Assembly: GCA_040776945.1 (NCBI GenBank)
Contig: JAXGZN010000001.1
Span: 832,001-896,000 of the forward strand
Length of the DNA stretch: 64,000 nucleotides
Origin: Methanomassiliicoccaceae archaeon
GTDB taxonomy: Archaea; Thermoplasmatota; Thermoplasmata; Methanomassiliicoccales; Methanomassiliicoccaceae
Direction of reading: 5' to 3'
This document shows positions 45,581 to 54,225 of this stretch, piece after piece (positions within the stretch are counted from its first letter, which is position 1; every line of letters starts with the position of its first letter). The position numbers and the translations under genes were made by a program. A model generated the notes under the pieces. The model was not told the origin of the DNA. It did no database searches and worked only from the letters and a program-made list of their open reading frames with translations.

Positions 45581-46948
45581 CTAGGGAAGACCGGCATCGA
45601 GCGGCCCGTTCGGAATCCCATAGCAGATGACAGAGGAACCGACCCGCACCAGGTCCAGGTCCTTGAGGCCAAGGGCCGCATCGTGCCCATCGATGCATAT
45701 GCTTGAATCAGAGGTTGATAGGAACGGGCTCACCTGGCAGACCGCCACATCAGCGCACATATGGGCAAGGGCCGAGGGGAGCAGGTCATGGCAACCATCG
45801 ATGAGCACCGAAGTGACCTCTAGTTCCTTCAGGGCTCCAATGACCGAGCCGACGTCCTCCGTTCTCGGGACCGCAATGGTCCAGAGGCCCGCGTTCTCTG
45901 ACTTCCTGCGCCGTTCCGGGTCAACACCTTCACCTGTCAGGACCACGGTCTTCTTCGGAAGATGGACATGATCAAGGAGGTCCGCGATGCGCAGGAAGGG
46001 ATCGAGAACAACAGTAAGGCCTTCGAAGCCCCCCGCCTCCTCTGGCCCCACAGGGAGCTCCGAAAGGTCGACGAGGTGCGCATCATGGAGGGACAGAAGA
46101 CGGTGCCTGATGACCATAAGCTCCCGCTGCATCTCCGTGGACATCATGCCCGGTCGAACCTGGTGGCCGTTCAAGGACCGGTTGAGCAGGACCGTAATGA
46201 ACGGTCTCCGATCGCCTGCGGCAGCCATGCATTTGTTCGTGAACCGGAGCAGCCGATCGATGTCCGGAGAATAGGGCAAGTCGTCATTGAGGTCGATAAG
46301 GTGATGAAAGCGTACGGCCTTGGTCTCGAGGTACCGCCGGTTCTCCTCGGTCACCCTGGGCGGGGCCGGTATCATCGCGGCAATGCCGATGCCGTTCCTC
46401 TCGAAGGCATTGGTCTTGTCGGGATTGTTGGACATCAGCCTGATGGACATGACCCCAAGGTCCTTGAGGATAAGGGCCGCGGCCTCATAGTCTCTCCCGT
46501 CCGGCTTATAGCCAAGGATAGTGTTCGCGTCGACCGTGTCGAGGCCCTCGTCCTGCAGGTTGTATGAATGCAGCTTCGATAGGAGCCCTATGCCCCGGCC
46601 CTCTTGACGCAGATATATCAGGATGCCCAACCCTTCTTCGGCGATCATCTCTATCGCTTGTCGGAGCTGGGACTGGCAGTCGCAGCGCAACGAGCCGAAG
46701 AGGTCCCCCGTCATGCATTCCGAGTGGACCCTGACCAGAAGCCCCTCGCAACCGAAAACATCCCCCATGACCAGCGCGAGATGCTCTTTTCCCGCGTCAT
46801 CGACATACAGATGAAGCCGAAAGACGCCGGCGTCGGTAGGAAGTCGGACCTCTACCTCATGGGTGACGGCGGTCCTTTCCCCCTCTATCGTTCGAACGGT
46901 CGAATTCTCCGCTTCGACCTTGGCGGCGTGCTCATTGATGTAGGCCAT
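45581..46948 (-). CDS. ribA: GTP cyclohydrolase II fused to a degenerate RibD-C-like domain
   Basis: Motifs RVHSECMTGDLFGSLRCDC, YLRQEGRGIGL, LDTVDAN and LMSNNPDK, plus a C-terminal extension of about 230 aa. Confidence 0.88.
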   Translation of the reverse strand: MAYINEHAAKVEAENSTVRTIEGERTAVTHEVEVRLPTDAGVFRLHLYVDDAGKEHLALVMGDVFGCEGLLVRVHSECMTGDLFGSLRCDCQSQLRQAIEMIAEEGLGILIYLRQEGRGIGLLSKLHSYNLQDEGLDTVDANTILGYKPDGRDYEAAALILKDLGVMSIRLMSNNPDKTNAFERNGIGIAAMIPAPPRVTEENRRYLETKAVRFHHLIDLNDDLPYSPDIDRLLRFTNKCMAAAGDRRPFITVLLNRSLNGHQVRPGMMSTEMQRELMVIRHRLLSLHDAHLVDLSELPVGPEEAGGFEGLTVVLDPFLRIADLLDHVHLPKKTVVLTGEGVDPERRRKSENAGLWTIAVPRTEDVGSVIGALKELEVTSVLIDGCHDLLPSALAHMCADVAVCQVSPFLSTSDSSICIDGHDAALGLKDLDLVRVGSSVICYGIPNGPLDAGLP

Positions 46949-47137
46949 TGGATTCAGCTCAGGTGTTCATATTGGTTCGGCGCGGAAAATCAAACTATCG
47001 TCGCCCCAGGCCCGCGACCCTGTGTCCCGCTAGACCTCTCTGGATGCGTTCGTTCGAGACCATCACGCGCTAATGCGGGAAGTCGTTGCGGGAGGTCTCC
47101 CGGGAGCTTGAGGCCGCCTTCCGGGACCCTTGAGCCT

Positions 47138-47716
47138 TCATCTTCTGCCCATCAGGCCGTCCAGAAGGGCCCTGGTATTCTCAACGGGAACGGGAACGAT
47201 CGCCCTCAAGGTCGCTGGATCTACCTCGGTTAGATTCCTGTAATCCGTTCGCATCTTCCTGCCCCTGTGCATGAAGGATATCTTCAACCCCTTTATCTTC
47301 AGGAAGGAGGTGATTTCATATGAGGTCACGTCCCGGTATTCGAAGTGGCCAGCATATTTGTAGGTCTTGTTCAGAAGACCGCTCTCCTCCAGCATGATCA
47401 ATCGCTGGTCCGTCGCCACGAGCAGGACCGGACGAGCAATGGTGTCCCCTTCGGAATCCTTTTCCTCCAATCCAGCTCTCCAGACCTGTATCGTACGCTC
47501 CCCCGGCCTAAAGCCAGAGGCCTGCGTTATGAGGGGAGAAAGGGAGGAAACGCTCGACCGGGCAGCGCTAGCGGGCGACGCGATGGGCTGAGCAGCGGCA
47601 GCGCTCGGGGCAGGAATGCCCGCCCCGTCAGCGCGGAACCCGGAGCGGGGCATCCCACATTGTGAACAGAACTTCGCGGTCTCCGGCAGCCAGATATTGC
47701 ACCGGGGGCAGATCAT
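47138..47716 (-). CDS. Zinc-ribbon protein with PH-like C-terminal domain
   Basis: CPRC..FCSQCG, an Ala/Ser/Pro linker, and LVATDQRLI typical of bacterial PH domains. Confidence 0.8.
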   Translation of the reverse strand: MICPRCNIWLPETAKFCSQCGMPRSGFRADGAGIPAPSAAAAQPIASPASAARSSVSSLSPLITQASGFRPGERTIQVWRAGLEEKDSEGDTIARPVLLVATDQRLIMLEESGLLNKTYKYAGHFEYRDVTSYEITSFLKIKGLKISFMHRGRKMRTDYRNLTEVDPATLRAIVPVPVENTRALLDGLMGRR

Positions 47717-48164
47717 AGCTCATTCGATGTCCTATCCGGTCATATCGATAGCGGTGCCGTTATCATCCTCGGTAACAGGGCCTAAGGAACTCCCCCGGCT
47801 CGGTTTTCTTGGGGCGATCCCTTGCAGAGTCTAGGTCCAGATCTAGGGGATCATCCATCGCCGGGAGATCTTTCCGGCAATCGAGCGTCATCTTCCCGAA
47901 CGCAGGGAAAGGAGCAAGGATAAGGCATGCATGACGCTAGAGATGCCCGACCCCTCATTTGACGTCTAGCAAGCACCACGGCCCCCAAGTCAAGAAGGAG
48001 CTTTTTCAGGACAACATCGATGCTCGCAGCGCTTCTACGAAGGCATCGAGCGCGGCGTCGCAGGACGGCGGCCGAAGGACGCTTGGAAGGAGCGGCCGGT
48101 GGCGACGTGTCACGAGACCTCCGTTATTGACAAGAAACTCCCGCCATATGGATATGCATAAAAG

Positions 48165-48261
48165 TGGGCCCGGTCGGATTTGAACCGACGACCATCGGGT
48201 ATCTCAGGTCCCACAGGGACGCCTATGAGCCTGACGCTCCACCAGACTAAGCTACGGGCCC
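48165..48261 (-). tRNA. tRNA-Ile2 (CAU anticodon; could be called Met) with 23-nt intron at 37/38 (48201..48223)
   Basis: GGGCCCG acceptor with A73, typical of archaeal tRNA-Ile. T-loop TTCAAAT. BHB helix CTCA/TGAG with TAG and ATA bulges. No encoded CCA. Confidence 0.9.
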
Positions 48262-48382
48262 GTGCAACCGAGGTTAATCGGCCCCTCCAATAAATACTTT
48301 GCCAACTGCGGCCGCGGCTCCAGGGCCGACAACAAATCCTCATGCCTATATACTCCTGGAGCGTAGTGGCCTCCGGTGTTCG

Positions 48383-48862
48383 ATGATGTCAGAAGCGAAG
48401 GCCACTTTCGGGGCAGGTTGTTTCTGGGGCGTCCAGGCCAAGTTCGATAGGATAGAGGGAGTGGTCTCCACCCAGGTCGGCTTCATGGGTGGTACGCTGG
48501 CCAATCCCAGCTATCGCGATGTCTGCGGCCATCGGACAGGCCATGCCGAGGTAGTAGAGGTCACCTACGATCCGGACAAGATATCGTACGAAGAGCTGCT
48601 GGAGGTGTTCTGGGACGTCCACGATCCCACCACGCTGAACCGCCAGGGGCCGGACGTGGGGGACCAGTACCGCTCGGTCATCTTTTACTATACGCCGGAA
48701 CAGAAGGCCGCCGCCGAAGCATCGAGGGCCGCCCAGGACCGTTCCGGGAGGTTCAGGCGACCGATCGTCACTCAGATCACGCCGGCCGGGGCCTTCTGGC
48801 GGGCCGAAGAGCATCATCAGAAGTACCTGGAAAAGCGGGGGGCCGCGGCCTGCCGCACGTGA
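48383..48862 (+). CDS. msrA: Peptide-methionine (S)-S-oxide reductase
   Basis: Motifs GAGCFWG, TGHAEVV, HDPTTLNRQGPDVGDQYRS and AEEHHQKY. Confidence 0.96.
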   Translation: MMSEAKATFGAGCFWGVQAKFDRIEGVVSTQVGFMGGTLANPSYRDVCGHRTGHAEVVEVTYDPDKISYEELLEVFWDVHDPTTLNRQGPDVGDQYRSVIFYYTPEQKAAAEASRAAQDRSGRFRRPIVTQITPAGAFWRAEEHHQKYLEKRGAAACRT

Positions 48863-48912
48863 TCCGGCGCCCCTCCGTGGCCGCGGCGATGGCATTGTGA
48901 GCGGGCGATCGC

Positions 48913-49962
48913 ATGGTGCATGGCAAGTTCCCAAGGCCCCGCATCGGACTCAGCCGATGCATCGAGATCGACCACTGCCGATACGATGGTGAAATGATTC
49001 GATCGGAACTTGTCCGGCGCCTTATGGAGCACGCTGATGTGGTCCCCGTCTGCCCGGAGATGGAGATCGGACTGGGGGTGCCGAGGGACCCTATCATAAT
49101 TGTGCTCGACGGGGGTCGCCGCCTGGTCCAGCCGTCCACCGGGCGGGACCTAACCGAGGCCATGGGATCGTTCACGGCCAGCTTCTTCGAGCGGCTGGGA
49201 GAGGTCGACGGCTTCGTGCTAAAGAGCCGCTCGCCTTCCTGCGGGGTGCACGACGCGAGGATATGCTCCGAACTGCAGGATGGGTCTTTGGTCCATGGGT
49301 CGGGCATGTTCGGCCGTGAGGTGGTCCGGAGACTGGGCGGAATCCCGGTGGAGGACGAGGCGCGGCTAAGGAACACCGGGCAGGCCGAGCACTTTCTCAC
49401 GCGGGCGTTCACCCTTCGCGCCTTCCGCGAACTGGGGCGGGATGCGGAACGGTCTGCGCTCCTTGACTTTCACCGCCGCAATAAGCTCCTGCTCAGGGCG
49501 TACAGCCGTATCGAGCTTGGTCATCTGGAGAGGATATTGGCCGGAGCCGCCGGCGATGACCTACGGACGATGCACAACCGATATAGCGCCCATCTCAAGA
49601 TGGCCCTGTCCCGGCCGCCCCGCCGAAGCAACGCGGCGCACGTTCTGATGAGCGTCTTCGACCATGTGTCCGAAGGGCTCGACAGAGGGGAGAAGGAGCT
49701 GTTCCTACAATACGTGGAGCTGTACAGGGACGCAAGGAGGTCGTTAGGAGCATGCACCAGCCTAATGCGGCACCTTCTCGAGCGCTCCGGAGCTTCCCAT
49801 TTGACGGATCAGACGATCTTCGAGCCGTTCCCGAGGGAGATCCTGCCCACAGCAGCACCGTCCCCGGAGGCATTGGGGTCGATGCAGGGACGTGAGCATA
49901 CCGCGAAGGGGCGAGGCCCGGCAAGTAGGCAGGATTATAGGCCGGTATCGCGATGCATATGA
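48913..49962 (+). CDS. DUF523/DUF1722 (YbgA-like; 2-thiouracil desulfurase family) protein
   Basis: Motifs IGLSRC..CRYDG, PVCPE..IGLGVPR, LKSRSPSCG and FHRRNKLLL. Confidence 0.9.
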   Translation: MVHGKFPRPRIGLSRCIEIDHCRYDGEMIRSELVRRLMEHADVVPVCPEMEIGLGVPRDPIIIVLDGGRRLVQPSTGRDLTEAMGSFTASFFERLGEVDGFVLKSRSPSCGVHDARICSELQDGSLVHGSGMFGREVVRRLGGIPVEDEARLRNTGQAEHFLTRAFTLRAFRELGRDAERSALLDFHRRNKLLLRAYSRIELGHLERILAGAAGDDLRTMHNRYSAHLKMALSRPPRRSNAAHVLMSVFDHVSEGLDRGEKELFLQYVELYRDARRSLGACTSLMRHLLERSGASHLTDQTIFEPFPREILPTAAPSPEALGSMQGREHTAKGRGPASRQDYRPVSRCI

Positions 49963-49995
49963 TGGTCGCCACTGGCGGCCCGGACGGTTCAGAGG

Positions 49996-50607
49996 ATGGC
50001 ATCCACTGATGATCTTGAACGGCTATGCGAGATGGCGCTGGAGAAAGGGGCCAAGGCCGCGAGGCCCATGGACGCGCGCGGCGTGGTGATGGACCCCCGG
50101 GCAAGGCTCAAGTGCATGGTGCCCGTCTGCGCCAACTATGGCCGAAACCTGATGTGCCCGCCCAACGTCATGCCCATGGACCAGTTCGCCGAGGTGCTGA
50201 GAAGATATTCCCGAGCGATACTCGTTCAGTTCCCCATACCGCTCGACCAGAACCTCATGAAAGGCTTCGAGGGGAAAAGACTGGAGGAGGTCTATGGGTC
50301 CAGCGAGTATCATCAACGCCTTCGCAAGAGCGAGGCTGAGATCATGGACCTATTGGGCTATCTGGAGAAGGAGGCGCTGAACATGGGCTATCGGTTCGCC
50401 ACTGCGCTCACCGGAGGACCGTGCCCTCTATGCGAGGAGTGCGTCGGCCAAGGTTCAGGGAAAAGATGCCGCCACCCCTTCCGCTCCAGGCCTTCCATGG
50501 AGGCCATGGGTATCGATGTGCTCCTCACCGCCCAGAACGCCGGCCTGAGCTTCGAGGTCCCGCCAAAGGACGGTCCTGTCTGGAACGGCCTGCTGCTCAT
50601 CGATTGA
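49996..50607 (+). CDS. DUF2284 metal-binding protein
   Basis: Motifs RLKC..C.NYG..CPP, GPC.LC.EC, C.HP..RPSMEAMGIDV and GLLLID. Confidence 0.9.
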   Translation: MASTDDLERLCEMALEKGAKAARPMDARGVVMDPRARLKCMVPVCANYGRNLMCPPNVMPMDQFAEVLRRYSRAILVQFPIPLDQNLMKGFEGKRLEEVYGSSEYHQRLRKSEAEIMDLLGYLEKEALNMGYRFATALTGGPCPLCEECVGQGSGKRCRHPFRSRPSMEAMGIDVLLTAQNAGLSFEVPPKDGPVWNGLLLID

Positions 50608-50746
50608 GGTGCCTATGGCAGCGCGTTTGGCCCCGAACAGGGCGAGGGACAAACCAATGGGCTGTTTTCGGAGGCACAGTGCGGATGCTGCAGCCGGCCG
50701 TTAGGCCAAAGGGCCTAGGCAGATAGAGATGAAGAAGAAGTGGGAG

Positions 50747-50840
50747 CGCCGTCGAACGGGCTCGAACCGTTGACCTTGTGATGACCGTTCCCGGCTAAGG
50801 GATTAACAGTCACACGCTCTACCAGCTGAGCTACGACGGC
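50747..50840 (-). tRNA. tRNA-Asn(GUU) with 21-nt intron at 37/38 (50783..50803)
   Basis: GCCGTCG acceptor with G73, anticodon stem TGTGA/TCACA, and BHB helix CTGT/ACGG with TAA and TCA bulges. Confidence 0.93.
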
Positions 50841-50883
50841 CTGTAGGCAAGTGAAATACCCACTGGTATTAATCACTATCGCT

Positions 50884-51201
50884 CTAGACCAGTTGGGACT
50901 TCAGGTCCTTGACCGTTCTCTCCATATCGTCCAGCAACAATCTCAACTGGTTCATGAAGGCCTTTAGTTTCTCAGTGGTGACGGCACCCTCGGGAGATGG
51001 TTTGATCAGGCCTTCCTGTTCCAGTATCCGCAGCGAATACCTGACCTTATGCTGGGGGTAGGCCAGAAGTTCGGACAGACGAATGATCCCTATGGGCTCG
51101 TTCTCCATGATGGCCTTGAGCATCTGCACATGTCTTTGGAGAAGCTCAATCTCGCTCTCGATCTTGCTGGTAAGAACGCTGTTTCCCCTCATAATGCCCA
51201 T
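50884..51201 (-). CDS. Conserved euryarchaeal winged-helix protein
   Basis: ELLQRH..EPIGIIRLSE..HKVRYSLRILEQEGLI.PS.EGA. Start uncertain. Confidence 0.85.
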   Translation of the reverse strand: MGIMRGNSVLTSKIESEIELLQRHVQMLKAIMENEPIGIIRLSELLAYPQHKVRYSLRILEQEGLIKPSPEGAVTTEKLKAFMNQLRLLLDDMERTVKDLKSQLV

Positions 51202-51354
51202 CCGACCTGTGTGCCGTGATAACAATGGTGATTATATGACATTTGTTGGGTCGTTAGTTCATGCATGATAGGGCCGGATACGCCGAACTTCCGGAAGATA
51301 TCGCCCGTTCGAATAAAATATCCCTTCTTAGAATTGAGGTCAAGGTGCGAAACA

Positions 51355-51573
51355 ATGGCGGATTCACACGCGGACAAGTGCCAAGCCTGCGGAAGGAAGA
51401 TCAGCAAGGAGCGGCCCACTGGACCCGGCGGCCCCAAGCTTGGTTATCAATGCTCCAAATGCGATCAATGGGTGTGCGGAGACTGCACCGACTGGAACGC
51501 CTCGGAGACCAATATGCACATTTGCTCGCGGTGCGCCGGACGGACAGCGCCGAGGAAGAGCGGGTGCGACTGA
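51355..51573 (+). CDS. Small protein with four CxxC pairs (two-Zn finger)
   Basis: CQAC, CSKC, CGDC and CSRC in 72 aa, with an AGGTG SD. Confidence 0.75.
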   Translation: MADSHADKCQACGRKISKERPTGPGGPKLGYQCSKCDQWVCGDCTDWNASETNMHICSRCAGRTAPRKSGCD

Positions 51574-51628
51574 TCGACCCGTCACTTTCTTTTATTAATG
51601 TTCTTCTGAGCGGCCCCCAGCAATGCGG

Positions 51629-52378
51629 TCACCCTCTTCCAGAGGCCCCCCCGCCTCCTGATCGGCCGCCTCCAAACCCTCCCCTCTTGCCTCCAGCCAA
51701 AAGGGCCAGGGCCCAAATGAAGGGCCTCAAGGCCGCGCCTTTTGTGACGATCACCACGATTATGAAAACCGCCGCGATGATGGCCCACTCCCCCCACGTG
51801 AACGGTGCGCCTACTATGGGGAAGGCCGGACCTCCGGACCGTCCCCCCTCGAACTCCAGGATGAGTATCTCACCGAGGGCGTAGGTGAGCTCGAAGAGCC
51901 CGTCGCCATAGAATCCCGCGGTCATGTTGGGCACCAGATACTCTTCGGCAAGACGGTTCACCCTGACGTCGGTCAGGACCCCCTCAAGACCATAGCCGAC
52001 CTCGATCCTCCACGCCCTGTCCTCGGTGGCCACTACCACAAGGACGCCGTTGTCATGACCAGACCTGCCAATGCCGTTGTACTGGAAGGTCCTCAGAGCG
52101 TAATAGTCGATGTCATGCGGGTACGTGGTGTCGACCACCAGGACCGCCATCTCGCAGCTGGTGTTGCGGTCCACCTCATGACATATTGCGCTGATGTAAT
52201 ACAGATCGTCCTGGGTCAAGGCGCCGGCCAGGTCGGTGACGTAATATTCGAGACGCGGGAAGCCGCTCTCCTCGACGCTTCCGGTCTGGCGGGCCAGCAG
52301 ATACCCTCCTCCGACGATCGCCGCGATCATGATCGACAGGACCAGCAGTCCGGCCACCAGGCGGGCGGAGCTTCGCAA
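51629..52378 (-). CDS. TPM-domain (YgcG-like) membrane protein
   Basis: Motifs YVTDLAG, GIG..DNGVLVVV and RIEVGYGLEGVLTD, with a GGFGGGRSGGGGASG tail. Confidence 0.92.
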   Translation of the reverse strand: MRSSARLVAGLLVLSIMIAAIVGGGYLLARQTGSVEESGFPRLEYYVTDLAGALTQDDLYYISAICHEVDRNTSCEMAVLVVDTTYPHDIDYYALRTFQYNGIGRSGHDNGVLVVVATEDRAWRIEVGYGLEGVLTDVRVNRLAEEYLVPNMTAGFYGDGLFELTYALGEILILEFEGGRSGGPAFPIVGAPFTWGEWAIIAAVFIIVVIVTKGAALRPFIWALALLAGGKRGGFGGGRSGGGGASGRG

Positions 52379-52384
52379 GCGCGC

Positions 52385-52933
52385 TCACTGTCCTCTTTCG
52401 AAGTAAGGAGCCTCCGTGAAACCGAAAGCTCCGGCCACCAGGTTGCTTGGGAAGCTCAGGACCGCAGTATTGTAGTCGGTGACCGCGTCGTTGTAGAATA
52501 TCCGTGCAGCGGCGATGCGGTTCTGGGTGCCCTCCAGCTCCACAATGACATCCCTGATGACATCGATGGACTGGATGTAGGGGTTCGATTCAGCGACCGA
52601 GAGGAAGGAGCCCACCTGCACTGAGAACTCATTGGTAACGTTGACCTGGTCCCTCATCGTTCCGTTGGCAAGCGTGTTCAGCCACTGGGTCCGAAGCTGG
52701 GTGATGTTGGCTAGCAGGCCTTGCTCGAACTGCATCGACACGTTCTGCTGCGCCAGCACTTGAGGGATAAGGTCCATCTGCCTCTGGACCTGTATCTCGA
52801 TGGCGCTCCACTTGTTCTTTACGTTCTGCTCCTTGGACACGAGCGAATTGTATGGCAGCGCGACCATCAATAGCATCGCCGCTATGGCTATTACGGCTAT
52901 GATGCCTACGATCGACCTTTTGGACATGGCCAT
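52385..52933 (-). CDS. lemA: LemA family protein
   Basis: Motifs YNSLV, W..I..Q.QR..DLIP, LEGTQNRIAAARIFYN and FPSNLVA. Confidence 0.92.
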   Translation of the reverse strand: MAMSKRSIVGIIAVIAIAAMLLMVALPYNSLVSKEQNVKNKWSAIEIQVQRQMDLIPQVLAQQNVSMQFEQGLLANITQLRTQWLNTLANGTMRDQVNVTNEFSVQVGSFLSVAESNPYIQSIDVIRDVIVELEGTQNRIAAARIFYNDAVTDYNTAVLSFPSNLVAGAFGFTEAPYFERGQ

Positions 52934-53002
52934 GTGGACAGGGAGAAAGCATCAGCTAATCAATCTATACCCCTGAATAAATGGATTCAGGAATATCCTG
53001 CC

Positions 53003-53503
53003 CTATGAGGTGAACCAGGCCTTGGTGGATGGGAGCAGCAGGTAGACCAGTATGAGCACCGGGATCAATATCGACAGCCCCATCGTCGCCAGGTTTGCGA
53101 GTGACAAACTGGCCAGCGAGGACACCACCGAAGAAACTATGCTAAGGATCACGAAAATCACCCCGATCATCCACGCCCAACGCTTGCCCTTTAGGAACCC
53201 CCACGCCAGGAAGAAAGCGACGATCGCCATGATGAGAAGCACCACACCAAGGGCACCGAACAGCGCTGGCCCCATCTCAAGGATCCATCCCGGGACGTCC
53301 TGTCCAAGCTGGTCTAGGAAATCTTGCGAGGACATGAGCGTGGCCAGGCCGAAGAGGCCTAGGGAGCCTATAAGGAGGAAGACCCCCTCTATGATCATCA
53401 ATATCGCCAGGATCGTTACGCCCAGAGGTCGGCTGCGGGCCGGTGGGTAATAAGGCCCCTGCGGTTGCGGCTGCGCATAGGGCGGCGGCTCATAGGTCGT
53501 CAT
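53003..53503 (-). CDS. Four-TM membrane protein (RPLGVTILAIL family)
   Basis: Motifs RPLGVTILAIL, WGFLKGKRWAW and YLLLPSTKAWF. Confidence 0.85.
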   Translation of the reverse strand: MTTYEPPPYAQPQPQGPYYPPARSRPLGVTILAILMIIEGVFLLIGSLGLFGLATLMSSQDFLDQLGQDVPGWILEMGPALFGALGVVLLIMAIVAFFLAWGFLKGKRWAWMIGVIFVILSIVSSVVSSLASLSLANLATMGLSILIPVLILVYLLLPSTKAWFTS

Positions 53504-53720
53504 GATGGGTAGTATGCGAAGTCCGGACCTTAATAAATATTGACAGCAAAATCCTCCCGGTTCCTCAGGCGGACCACCCCATGATATCAGTGCGAATGTG
53601 CCATTCTAGGCGGTACAAGACAACCTCGTTCTAAGACTCATTCAAACGGATCAGCGCCAGGCTCCAATGAGAAAGTGGCCTCGAGGTGACGATGATAATA
53701 AAAAGGAGCGCGAAAGGTGT

Positions 53721-54121
53721 TTACCTGCCGAAGAAGGCCTTCACCGGCGGAGTGTACAGGTAGTAGACGATTATTGCGTTGATCGCCAGCTTACCAGGCT
53801 GGAGAAGTTCCCGCCAACCATGCTAGCGAGCGCCATCAAGATGCCCAGTACGCCGAAGATCAACCCCAGGAGCCAGGCCCAGCCTTTGCCGGTCCATAGT
53901 CCCCAGGCGATGACCAGTTGGATCAATCCCATGATGAGCGTGATCCCGCCGATGGCCGCTCCCAAGGCACCAATTTCGCTCGCAAGCGCCGACACTCCCA
54001 TTATGGCCATCCCTCCAAGGATGGCCATTATTCCGCCCAATGCGCTCAGTATCGCCAATATCGTGACCCCGAGAGGCCTGACCTTTACCGGGGCGTTGTA
54101 GGGTTGAGTGGCTGTGGTCAT
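53721..54121 (-). pseudogene. Paralogous four-TM membrane protein with a 1-nt frameshift near 53788 (or assembly error)
   Basis: The frame ends SLVSWRSTQ*. The adjacent frame continues LAINAIIVYYLYTPPVKAFFGR*, matching the paralog's C-terminus. Confidence 0.75.
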
Positions 54122-54225
54122 TGACCCATAATACATTTGTTAATATATACGCCCATCTAATGGGGCCCGCCTTCCGATGATAACGAGGTCATAGCGGTTA
54201 AATAATGTCTCGTGAATGAAAAGCC

